Shown piece after piece: positions 38,488 through 46,716 of a DNA stretch of 64,000 nucleotides. Below the pieces are notes generated by a model that saw only the letters and a program-made list of their open reading frames with translations, was not told where the DNA came from and searched no databases. Location of the stretch: assembly GCA_965203055.1 (NCBI GenBank), contig OZ241863.1, forward strand, positions 3,392,001 through 3,456,000. The letters are read 5' to 3'. Source of the DNA: Spirochaetia bacterium (lineage in GTDB: Bacteria > Spirochaetota > Spirochaetia > SZUA-6 > Bin103). Within the stretch, counting starts at the first letter, position 1, and each line of letters opens with the position of its first letter. A program made the translations under genes and the position numbers.

Positions 38488-38925
38488 CTAGGGGGCCGAG
38501 CCCCAGCGCCAGCCGGGCAGCGCGGCGGCCTGCCGGATCCACGCCGCCATCTGCGCCTCGTCGAGCTTGCCCTCGTAGATGTCGATCCAGCGCGCGTCCT
38601 TGTCCTTGCCCGCTCCGGGCGGAACCGGCTGCAGCAACGCGCCCTGGAAGAACGTCACCTTGACGTAGCGGGTAAAGACGTGGAACGACACGAACCAGCC
38701 CTGGCCGTCGATGCCGTAGAAGGGCGAGTTCCAGCGCACCGCCTTCCGTACTTCCGGCGCATTGCGCGCGATCAGCTCGTCGAGGCGGCGCCCAAGGCCG
38801 CTCTTCCAGCCCGGCATCGCCGCGAGGTACGCCTGCACGGGAGCATCGCCGTCCCCCTTCGCAATCTGCGGGTTGCCCCCCGACAGCAGAACCGGCTCCC
38901 CACTAGGTCGACTTCGCGCGTTCAC
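38488..38925 (-). CDS. DUF1801 (YdhG-like) protein
   Basis: LLSGGNPQIAKGDG, KAVRWNSPFYG, VKVTFFQG. Confidence 0.8.
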   Translation of the reverse strand: MNARSRPSGEPVLLSGGNPQIAKGDGDAPVQAYLAAMPGWKSGLGRRLDELIARNAPEVRKAVRWNSPFYGIDGQGWFVSFHVFTRYVKVTFFQGALLQPVPPGAGKDKDARWIDIYEGKLDEAQMAAWIRQAAALPGWRWGSAP

Positions 38926-39025
38926 GGTAGTAGTCGCGTATAGTACCGAAGAACCTCGCCAGTCGGAATGCGGTGTCCGCGGTAACCGGCATCCCTTCGC
39001 GGCGGGCCGGAGCTCCGGGGCGCGG

Positions 39026-40099
39026 CTACCGGGCGCGGTGGGCGGCCATCTGGGCGGCGCAGAGGATCGCCTGCACCATGCTGGCCTCGGAGGCGCGGCC
39101 GGTGCCGGCTACGTCGAACGCGGTACCGTGGTCCACCGACACCCGGATCACCGGAATGCCGAGCGTGACGTTGACCCCGTCGACGGCGCTCCACTCCTGC
39201 GCGGCGTTGTCCCACCGGAAGCCCACGACCTTGGCCGGAATGTGGCCCTGGTCGTGGTACATCGCCACCACCAGATCGAAGTAGCCGCCGTTCGCCTGCG
39301 GGAACAGCGTATCGGCCGGCAGCGGCCCCTCGACCGCAATGCCATCCTCCCGCGCCGCGCGTACCGCGGGCAGGATCGCGGTCGCTTCCTCGCGGCCGAA
39401 CAGACCGCCGTCGCTGGCGTGGGGGTTCAGTCCCGCCACCCCGATGCGCGGCCGCGCGAAGCCGAGCATCTGTCCGGCGCCGTGCGCCAGCCGGATCACG
39501 GTCTCCACCCGCTCGCGGGTGACGCGCGCGCACGCCTCGCGCAACGCCACGTGAGTGGACACGTGCACCACCCGCAATGCCCCTGCCATCAGCAGCATGG
39601 CGTAGTCGCGGCTGCCGGTGAGATGGGCGTAGATCTCGGTCTGCCCGGCGAAGTGATGACCGGCGCGGTTCAACGCTTCCTTGTGGATCGGCGCCGTTAC
39701 GGTGGCCGCGGCCGCCCCTGTCTGCGCCAGCCGCACCGCGCCGGCGATAGCGCGGTAGCCGGCGGCGCCGGCCGCCGCCGACACCTCGCCGCGGCGCAGG
39801 TCAGCCGCCGGCGGCCCGCCGCTCGCCACCACGTTGATGCGCCCTCGGTCCCATGCCGCGGCGTCCGCCGCCCCCGGCGCGCCCGCCACTGCCGCCACCG
39901 CGGCGCCGCTGCCGCAAATCCGCGCCGCGGCCTCCAGCACCGCCGGATCGCCCACCACCAGCGGCCGGCAGACGCGCCACACCGCCTCGTGGCGCAGCGC
40001 CTTGACCGCCACTTCCGGCCCCACCCCGGCCGGGTCGCCCATCGTGATCGCCACCACCGGCAGTTCGCCGGCGCCGGTTTCAGCCCTGCTGTCGGCCAT
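39026..40099 (-). CDS. pdxA: 4-hydroxythreonine-4-phosphate dehydrogenase family (PdxA/PdxA2)
   Basis: ITMGDPAGVGPE, TAPIHKEAL, GLNPHA, MYHDQGHIP, RVSVDHGTAFD. Confidence 0.9.
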   Translation of the reverse strand: MADSRAETGAGELPVVAITMGDPAGVGPEVAVKALRHEAVWRVCRPLVVGDPAVLEAAARICGSGAAVAAVAGAPGAADAAAWDRGRINVVASGGPPAADLRRGEVSAAAGAAGYRAIAGAVRLAQTGAAAATVTAPIHKEALNRAGHHFAGQTEIYAHLTGSRDYAMLLMAGALRVVHVSTHVALREACARVTRERVETVIRLAHGAGQMLGFARPRIGVAGLNPHASDGGLFGREEATAILPAVRAAREDGIAVEGPLPADTLFPQANGGYFDLVVAMYHDQGHIPAKVVGFRWDNAAQEWSAVDGVNVTLGIPVIRVSVDHGTAFDVAGTGRASEASMVQAILCAAQMAAHRAR

Positions 40100-40153
40100 C
40101 GCCGCTGACCATAGCATGCCCCCCGACCGGGCCGAACACCGTATACTTGCAGC

Positions 40154-41725
40154 GTGCGCCGGCTCCGGCATCTGTACATCTTTCACTACCACCTCCTGCC
40201 CGGGGGCGTAACCACGGTAATCCGGGACGGACTGCGCGCCATGCTGGGCCATGCCGCGTTGTTCCCCGACCTGCGCCGCATCACGGTGGTCACCGCGGGG
40301 CAAGCGCAAGGCGCGCTGCCGCAGGCGGACGCCGGCGACGCGCGGCTGCCGCAGGTCGCCCACGAGCGCCTCGACGCGGTTGGCTACGACGCCGCGCCAT
40401 CCACCGCGGACGACCAGCAGCGACTCGCGGCCCTGCTCCGGGAGCGCTATGGGGACGGCGTGTGGTGGGTGCACAACCACCACCTGGCCAAGAACACCCG
40501 CTTCACCGGCGCGGTGCTGGCGGCCGCCGCGGCCGGCCAACCGATGCTCCTGCAGATCCACGACTTTCCCGAGTGCGCGCGGCCCGACAACCTGCGGCGC
40601 CTGCTGCAGGAAGTTCCGGCTTCGCCCTACCCCGGCGGCGGCAACGTGCGCTACGCGGTATTGAATCGCCGCGATCAGGCCGCCTTGACCGCCGGCGGAC
40701 TGCCTGCCGGACGCGTCACGCTGTTGGCCAATCCGGTGCGGCCGGCGCCGCCGCTGCCGGAACCGGACGCGCCGCCGGCGCGGGCCGCCCGCGCCGCGCT
40801 GGCCCGCGCCGCCGCGGCGCAGCCGGCAATCGGCATCGGCAGCTACACCTCCCGGCGCCCGCTGTGGCTCTATCCGGTGCGGGTGCGGCGGCGCAAGAAC
40901 GTGTTGGAGGCAGGGCTGCTGGCGCGCTTGGCGGACGCCGAACTGATCGTCACCCTGCCCGCCTCCTCCGCCGCCGAACAGCCCTACTCGCGGCAGGTGG
41001 CGGAACTGTTCGCCGGCGGCGCCATTCCGGGCCTGTTCGGCGTCGGCGAGCGACTGGATCAGCACGGCCTGAGCTTCGACCGGCTGCTGGCCGCGGCGCA
41101 GCGCATCGTCTCACCGTCGGTGGAAGAAGGATTCGGGTTTCAGTTCGTCAACGCCCTGCAATGGCGGCGGCCGCTGCTGGCCCGGCGCCTGCCGGTGCTC
41201 GACGACCTCGCCGAGCTGCTCGCCGGCTATCCCGCAACCGTGTACGAGGAGGTGCGCTGCCCGCTGCCGGGCGCCGCCCGCCGCGCGCTGCTGGAGGCGT
41301 ACCGTCCGAGGATCGCGCGCGCCGCCGGTCTGCTGGCGGCCGGCTGGGAGGAGCGGCTGCATGCCGAGTTGGAGACGATCCTGGGGCGGGACAGCGTGGA
41401 CTTCTCGTTCCTCGGCCTGCGCTGGCAGGTAGACCTCCTGCGCCGCGCCGGCGACCGCGGCGTGCGGCGCGAGCTGGAACAGGCCAACGCGCCGCTGCTG
41501 GCGGCGCTGCGGGCCGCGCCGGAACCGGCGCCGGCCCGCGACCGGCGCATCGACGAGCTGTACGGCGCCGCGGCGTTCGCCGGCCGCGCGGCCGCCGCTC
41601 TGAGCCCGCTGCCGGCGCCCGCCGCGGACGCGGTGTCCACGGCGGACGCCGCAGCCGGGGACCCCGCGGCTGTACGCCGGTTCTTCGCCGGTCCCGCGAT
41701 GCTGCGCCTGCTGATGCAGAGCTGA
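40154..41725 (+). CDS. Putative GT-B (GT4-like) glycosyltransferase
   Basis: HYHLLPGGVTTVI, HNHHLAKN, IHDFPE, PVRVRRRKN, PSVEEGFGFQF (E-x7-type motif). Confidence 0.65.
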   Translation: MRRLRHLYIFHYHLLPGGVTTVIRDGLRAMLGHAALFPDLRRITVVTAGQAQGALPQADAGDARLPQVAHERLDAVGYDAAPSTADDQQRLAALLRERYGDGVWWVHNHHLAKNTRFTGAVLAAAAAGQPMLLQIHDFPECARPDNLRRLLQEVPASPYPGGGNVRYAVLNRRDQAALTAGGLPAGRVTLLANPVRPAPPLPEPDAPPARAARAALARAAAAQPAIGIGSYTSRRPLWLYPVRVRRRKNVLEAGLLARLADAELIVTLPASSAAEQPYSRQVAELFAGGAIPGLFGVGERLDQHGLSFDRLLAAAQRIVSPSVEEGFGFQFVNALQWRRPLLARRLPVLDDLAELLAGYPATVYEEVRCPLPGAARRALLEAYRPRIARAAGLLAAGWEERLHAELETILGRDSVDFSFLGLRWQVDLLRRAGDRGVRRELEQANAPLLAALRAAPEPAPARDRRIDELYGAAAFAGRAAAALSPLPAPAADAVSTADAAAGDPAAVRRFFAGPAMLRLLMQS

Positions 41726-41738
41726 GCCGGCGCCTGCG

Positions 41739-42257
41739 ATGTTGGACGCTCTGGCCCGGATACTGCCGTTCCTGTTGATCGCCGTGCTGGTCGTAAACCT
41801 GCTGCAGCGCGGCCTCACCAAACCGGATCAGGCGGACCGGCCGGCCCGCGCCGCCGCCCACCCGCGCTCCGGCGCCGCGCCGCGCCCGAGGGCCGCGCCG
41901 CGGGCGGCCACGCTGATCCTGGCCGGGTTGGTCCTCGCTGCCTGGGCGGCGGTTCTGCTCCTGCAGCGCTTGGACGCGCCGGACTGGACCGCGCTCGCGC
42001 TGGCGGCGGCGGCCGGCGGCGCCGCGTTCGGGCTGCGCGCCCGCCTCAAGGCGTTTCCACTGCGCTGCCGGCAATGCGGCCGGCGCCTGCCCCCGGGCAT
42101 TACGCTCGGCATCGACGCCGCGGCGGCGGCGCGCTACGAGGCCGGCGCCTGTCCCGCGCCCGACTGCGCCGCGGCGGGCGGCGGCCCGGCCCCGCGCGGC
42201 CCGGCGGCGAATCCCGACGCCGCGGCGCATAACCGCTCCGCGGCGCGCGACCAGTAG
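41739..42257 (+). CDS. Hypothetical membrane protein
   Basis: Three hydrophobic segments and a CxxC...CxxxxC tail; follows the glycosyltransferase. Confidence 0.5.
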   Translation: MLDALARILPFLLIAVLVVNLLQRGLTKPDQADRPARAAAHPRSGAAPRPRAAPRAATLILAGLVLAAWAAVLLLQRLDAPDWTALALAAAAGGAAFGLRARLKAFPLRCRQCGRRLPPGITLGIDAAAAARYEAGACPAPDCAAAGGGPAPRGPAANPDAAAHNRSAARDQ

Positions 42258-43942
42258 CGCCCGCCGGCGAGAGCGCGGCGCCAGGCCGCATCCCCGGCGG
42301 CCAGCGCCTCGAGGGTCCGCAAGCCGAAGCCGCGGGCGAAGGGGAGCACCACCACCTTGCCGCTGATGCGCCCCGCGGCCACTGCTTCCACCGCGGCGCG
42401 CCCCCGCTCCAGGTCGGCGAGCGCGCCCAGCACGATGCCGGGATGCAAGGCACCCTCCGCCACCGAGGCCAGGGTCTGCAGCGTGGCCGCCAGCGGCGAA
42501 CCGGTGGTGCCGGCCACCCGTACGCCGCCAGCGGTGATCGAATGCAGCGGGAGGCGCACGCTACTGCCCTCCGCCACCCCCGCGAACACGTTCAGGTAGC
42601 CGCCGGCGCCCAGGAACCGAGCCGCGTGCTCCGCCGCCGCGGCGGAGGGCGCCAGCAACACCACGTCGTCGAACCCGCGCGGAGCCAGCCGCCGCAGTTC
42701 GCCGTCAACCGCCGCCGAGTCGCCGGAGTCGCCGGGCGCGGGCAGCAGGACCGGGGCCGGCAGTCCGAGCGCCGCGGCGCGCTCGCCCAGCGCCCGCAGC
42801 CGCTCCGGCACTCGGTCGGTGACCACCACGGTGGCCGGCGGTTGCGCCCGGGCCAGCGCGCGCAGCACGTGCATCTGGCCCATCGGTCCCGCTCCGCCGA
42901 CGAACCAGGCGCGGCCGCCAGGCGCCAGGTCGCGGCGCGCGGCGCCGGCATAGGCGGCTGCCACCTTGCCGTCGCAGCGGCCCACCAGGCGGATCCCCTG
43001 ATAGTGGATGCGGCCAATGTCGCACGCCAGCGCCGCGGCGCGGACCGCAGGGGCCGCCACCTGCAGGCTCACCACCGCGTGCCGCGGCAGCGCCGCGAAC
43101 AACCGCTCCATCCAGCCGGACGGCGGCGCGCCGGCGATGATCACGTCGTCGGCGCCCTGCGGCGGCGCGCCGTCGTGCCAGGCGACCGCCGTTCCCAACG
43201 CGCCGGCCCAGCGCTCGACCACGGTGCGATTGGCGCGCGTCAGGCCGGCGGCCACGATCCGCCGCGGCGGCGCGGCGTTCGGGTCGGCGGCCGGGGGCGC
43301 CACTCCCAGCCGTTCCGGCACCGCGCCGAAGCGGACCCCGGCAAGGTCCAGCGCGGGCTGGTCGGCAAAGCCGTACAGGCGCAGCGTGCCGCCGCCGCGC
43401 AGGTGGGTGCGGGCGGCGATCTGGTAGGCCGCCGCCACGCAGCTCCACGGCTCGATGAGCGCCCCTTCCACGGCGCCGACCTGCTCCGGCAGCGCCACCA
43501 GGTAGCAGCCCTCGTCGCCGTCCAGGACCTCGCGCCCCAGCACCACGTATTGCGCCAGCGCTCCGGGAAGCTGGTAGCCGACCGCCAGCGTGCGCCCCCG
43601 GTAGTACACGTCGGGCTGCAGGATGTAGCGCGCCCCGAGCCGCACCTGCCGGCGGCGGCGTTCGCCGACGCCCACCACCGTGAGGGTCACCTCGTGCCCT
43701 GGGGTAACCGGGGCCGCGGCCAGATCTCGCCCGCGCAGGCGGGCGTGCGCGCCGCCGGCCCGCACCAGCTTGGCGTCGGAGTAGCAGATGCCGACGGCAT
43801 CCACGCGACCTATCACGTCGTCCTCGCCGTACGGAGGAAACGGCACCTCGTCCGGGCCGCCGGCAGTCCCGAGGTGCTCCAATCCGGCGCCCTTCAGGCG
43901 CCACGCCAGGATCCGCCGCGGCAGCGGCTCGGCTAGCAGCAT
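42134..43942 (-). CDS. Zinc-binding MDR dehydrogenase (L-sorbose-1-phosphate reductase-like, extended)
   Basis: VGICYSD, TPGHE, LIEPWSCV, GGAGPMGQMH. Confidence 0.8.
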   Translation of the reverse strand: MLLAEPLPRRILAWRLKGAGLEHLGTAGGPDEVPFPPYGEDDVIGRVDAVGICYSDAKLVRAGGAHARLRGRDLAAAPVTPGHEVTLTVVGVGERRRRQVRLGARYILQPDVYYRGRTLAVGYQLPGALAQYVVLGREVLDGDEGCYLVALPEQVGAVEGALIEPWSCVAAAYQIAARTHLRGGGTLRLYGFADQPALDLAGVRFGAVPERLGVAPPAADPNAAPPRRIVAAGLTRANRTVVERWAGALGTAVAWHDGAPPQGADDVIIAGAPPSGWMERLFAALPRHAVVSLQVAAPAVRAAALACDIGRIHYQGIRLVGRCDGKVAAAYAGAARRDLAPGGRAWFVGGAGPMGQMHVLRALARAQPPATVVVTDRVPERLRALGERAAALGLPAPVLLPAPGDSGDSAAVDGELRRLAPRGFDDVVLLAPSAAAAEHAARFLGAGGYLNVFAGVAEGSSVRLPLHSITAGGVRVAGTTGSPLAATLQTLASVAEGALHPGIVLGALADLERGRAAVEAVAAGRISGKVVVLPFARGFGLRTLEALAAGDAAWRRALAGGRYWSRAAERLCAAASGFAAGPRGAGPPPAAAQSGAGQAPAS

Positions 43943-44056
43943 GGGCCCAATGAGCGCCTCTCAGGCGCCGGCCGGTCAAATGCCCCGCGAACGCGCCTTG
44001 CGCGCCTTGCGCACCAAGTAGCCGAAGCCGCCCGCGAAGCGGTATCATTTGGCGCC

Positions 44057-45304
44057 ATGCAACTCATGAGGTCGGACAAGCTCAGGGACGTACGCTACGA
44101 CATTCGTGGTCCGGTTCTGGCCGCGGCGCAACGCCTCGAGGCGGACGGGGTCCGGGTGGCCAAGCTCAATATCGGCGATCCCGCGCCGTTCGGCTTCGAA
44201 GCCCCGGCCGCGATCGTCCGCGAGGTGGCCGAAAATCTCGCCCGCGGTAACGGCTACAGCGAGTCCCAGGGATTGCCCGCGGCGCGCCGCGCGGTGCTGC
44301 AGCGCTACCAGGCGCTCGGCGTGCCGCGCCTGCAGCTCGACGACATCTTTCTCGGCAACGGCGTCAGCGAGCTGATCACCATGGCCATGCAGGGCCTGCT
44401 CAACGCCGGCGACGAGGTGTTGATCCCCGCTCCCGACTACCCCCTGTGGAGCGCCGCGGTCAACCTGTCCGGCGGGCGCGCGGTGCACTACCTGTGCGAC
44501 GAGCAATCCGACTGGGCGCCCGACGTTGCCGACATGGCCTCCAAGGTCACGTCCCGGACCCGCGCCATCGTGGTGATCAATCCCAACAACCCCACCGGGG
44601 CGGTGTACCCGCGCGACTGCCTGGAGCAGATCGTGGCGTTGGCCCGCACCCATCGGCTGGTGCTGTTCGCCGATGAGATCTACGACCGGATCCTCTACGA
44701 CGGCGTGCGCCACACCCCGCTGGCGCTGCTTGCCGACGACATTCTCATTGCTACCTTCAACGGCCTCTCGAAGACCTATCGGATCCCCGGCTACCGTTCC
44801 GGCTGGATGCTGGTCAGCGGCGCCAAGCATTCCGCGCGCGACTACCTGGAGGGCCTCGGCGTCCTGTCATCCATGCGGCTGAGCGCCAACGTACCCGGCC
44901 AGCTCGCCGTCGCGGCCTCGCTTGGCGGCGTTCAGAGCATCGATCAGCTCACCGCTCCGGGGGGGCGGCTGAGGTTGCAGCGCGACGTGGTGTTCGAGGC
45001 ATTGCAGACCATCCCCGGAGTCAGTTGCGTCAAGCCGCGCGGCGCCTTCTACCTGTTTCCCAAGGTAGACGCCGCGCGCTTCGGTATTCAGGACGACGAA
45101 CGGATGATCCTGGATCTGCTGACGCAGGAACAGGTGCTGCTGGTCCATGGCACCGCCTTCGGCTGGAGCCGGCCGGATCACTTTCGCGTGGTGTTTCTCC
45201 CCCACGTCGACCAGCTCACCGCAGTGGCCGCGCGGCTGCGTCACTTCTTCAGCCACTACGTACAGGAGGCCGGCGCCCCGGCCCTGTCCGCGCGGAGCGC
45301 CTGA
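44057..45304 (+). CDS. alaA: PLP-dependent glutamate-pyruvate aminotransferase
   Basis: YDIRGPV, KLNIGDPA, NGVSELI, INPNNPTG, DEIY, NGLSKTYRIPGYRSGW. Confidence 0.9.
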   Translation: MQLMRSDKLRDVRYDIRGPVLAAAQRLEADGVRVAKLNIGDPAPFGFEAPAAIVREVAENLARGNGYSESQGLPAARRAVLQRYQALGVPRLQLDDIFLGNGVSELITMAMQGLLNAGDEVLIPAPDYPLWSAAVNLSGGRAVHYLCDEQSDWAPDVADMASKVTSRTRAIVVINPNNPTGAVYPRDCLEQIVALARTHRLVLFADEIYDRILYDGVRHTPLALLADDILIATFNGLSKTYRIPGYRSGWMLVSGAKHSARDYLEGLGVLSSMRLSANVPGQLAVAASLGGVQSIDQLTAPGGRLRLQRDVVFEALQTIPGVSCVKPRGAFYLFPKVDAARFGIQDDERMILDLLTQEQVLLVHGTAFGWSRPDHFRVVFLPHVDQLTAVAARLRHFFSHYVQEAGAPALSARSA

Positions 45305-45328
45305 GCCGGCTCCGCCGCGCGGGGCCCA

Positions 45329-46645
45329 ATGCCGCCGTCCATCGCCTTCGCCAATCTCGGCTGCCGCCTCAACATCGCCGAAAGCGACGCCCTGGCGGCG
45401 CGCTTCCTGGCCGCCGGTTACCGCGTGGTGACCGCCGGCGCGGCGCCGGACGTGGTGGTCGTCAATACCTGCACCGTGACCGGCCAAGCCGACCGCAAGT
45501 CGCGCAACGCGCTGCAGCGCGCCATCCGGGCGCCGCGGCCCGGCGCCGGTGAGCGCCGCCCGCTGGTAGTGGCGACCGGCTGCTACGTCACGGCGCACGG
45601 CGGCGCGGCCTGCGACCTGCCCGGCGTCGACTACGCGGTGGACAACGCCCGCAAGAGCCAGATCTTCGATCTGGTAGCCGCCCACCTGGCCGGCGAGGTG
45701 GCCGACCCGGCGGCGCTGCCGCCCGATCCGTTTGGCTACCGCCCCGGCCCGCAGCCGCTGCATACCCGCGCCAGCATCAAGATTCAGGACGGCTGCGACA
45801 ACTTCTGCACCTTCTGCATCATCCCGGCGGTGCGCGGCCGCGCCCGCAGCCGGCCGGCCCCCGCCATCCTGCAGGAGGCGCGCCGCCTGATCGCCGCCGG
45901 CCACCGCGAGCTGGTGCTTACCGGCGTCAACCTCGGCCGCTACGACTGGTGCGGCTGGGGCTTCAGCCGGCTGTTGCAGGAGCTGCTGGAGCTGCCGGGC
46001 GAGTACCGCATCCGCGTCTCCTCCCTGGAGCCGGAGCCGCTCGACGAATGCTTCATCGAGCTCACCGCCCACGACAAGCTGTGCCCGCATCTGCACCTGT
46101 GCCTGCAGAGCGGATCGGACCGGGTGCTGCTGCGCATGCGGCGCGAGTACCGCGTCGACCGCTACCTGGAGCTGATCTCCCGCATCCGCGCCGCCTGGGC
46201 GCGGCGCGGCGCGCCCGCCCACTTCAGCACCGACGTGCTGGTGGGCTTCCCCGGCGAGACCGAGACCGACTTCGCCCGCACCCTGGAGGTATGCGAGAGC
46301 GTGGACTTCGGCCACATCCACACCTTCCGCTACTCGCCGCGCGCCGGGACCCGCGCCGCCCGGCTGCCGGACGCCGTACCGGAACCGGTCAAGGCGCAGC
46401 GCAGCGCGGCGATACGCGCGCTGGCGGCCGCCGGGCGCCGCCGCCTGGCGCAACGGTTCCTCGGCCGCGAGCAGCAGGTGCTGGTGGAGGAAGCCACCGG
46501 CGGCAGCGCTGCCGGGTACGGCGAGTCCTACCTGCGGGTCCGCTTCCCGGCCCCCGATCAGCCCGCCGCCGGCGAACTGCGCCGCGTCGTCGTGACCCGA
46601 GCCGCGGCCGACGGGATCCTGGCCGGGCTCCCCGCCGGCGTCTGA
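45329..46645 (+). CDS. mtaB: tRNA t6A37 methylthiotransferase
   Basis: LGCRLN.AES, NTCTVT..ADRKSR, TRASIKIQDGCDNFCTFC, VLTGVNLG, LCPHLHLCLQSG. Confidence 0.88.
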   Translation: MPPSIAFANLGCRLNIAESDALAARFLAAGYRVVTAGAAPDVVVVNTCTVTGQADRKSRNALQRAIRAPRPGAGERRPLVVATGCYVTAHGGAACDLPGVDYAVDNARKSQIFDLVAAHLAGEVADPAALPPDPFGYRPGPQPLHTRASIKIQDGCDNFCTFCIIPAVRGRARSRPAPAILQEARRLIAAGHRELVLTGVNLGRYDWCGWGFSRLLQELLELPGEYRIRVSSLEPEPLDECFIELTAHDKLCPHLHLCLQSGSDRVLLRMRREYRVDRYLELISRIRAAWARRGAPAHFSTDVLVGFPGETETDFARTLEVCESVDFGHIHTFRYSPRAGTRAARLPDAVPEPVKAQRSAAIRALAAAGRRRLAQRFLGREQQVLVEEATGGSAAGYGESYLRVRFPAPDQPAAGELRRVVVTRAAADGILAGLPAGV

Positions 46646-46649
46646 AACC

Positions 46650-46687
46650 GGGCGCGCGCGTCCGGCCCGGCCGGATCGGGCGCGCCC
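46650..46687. terminator. GC-rich hairpin between convergent genes (possible bidirectional terminator)
   Basis: gggcgcgc..tccggc-ccg-gccgga..gcgcgccc inverted repeat; no clear U-tract. Confidence 0.4.
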
Positions 46688-46716
46688 GCGGCGTCCCAAC
46701 CCGGCCGGCTCCCCGG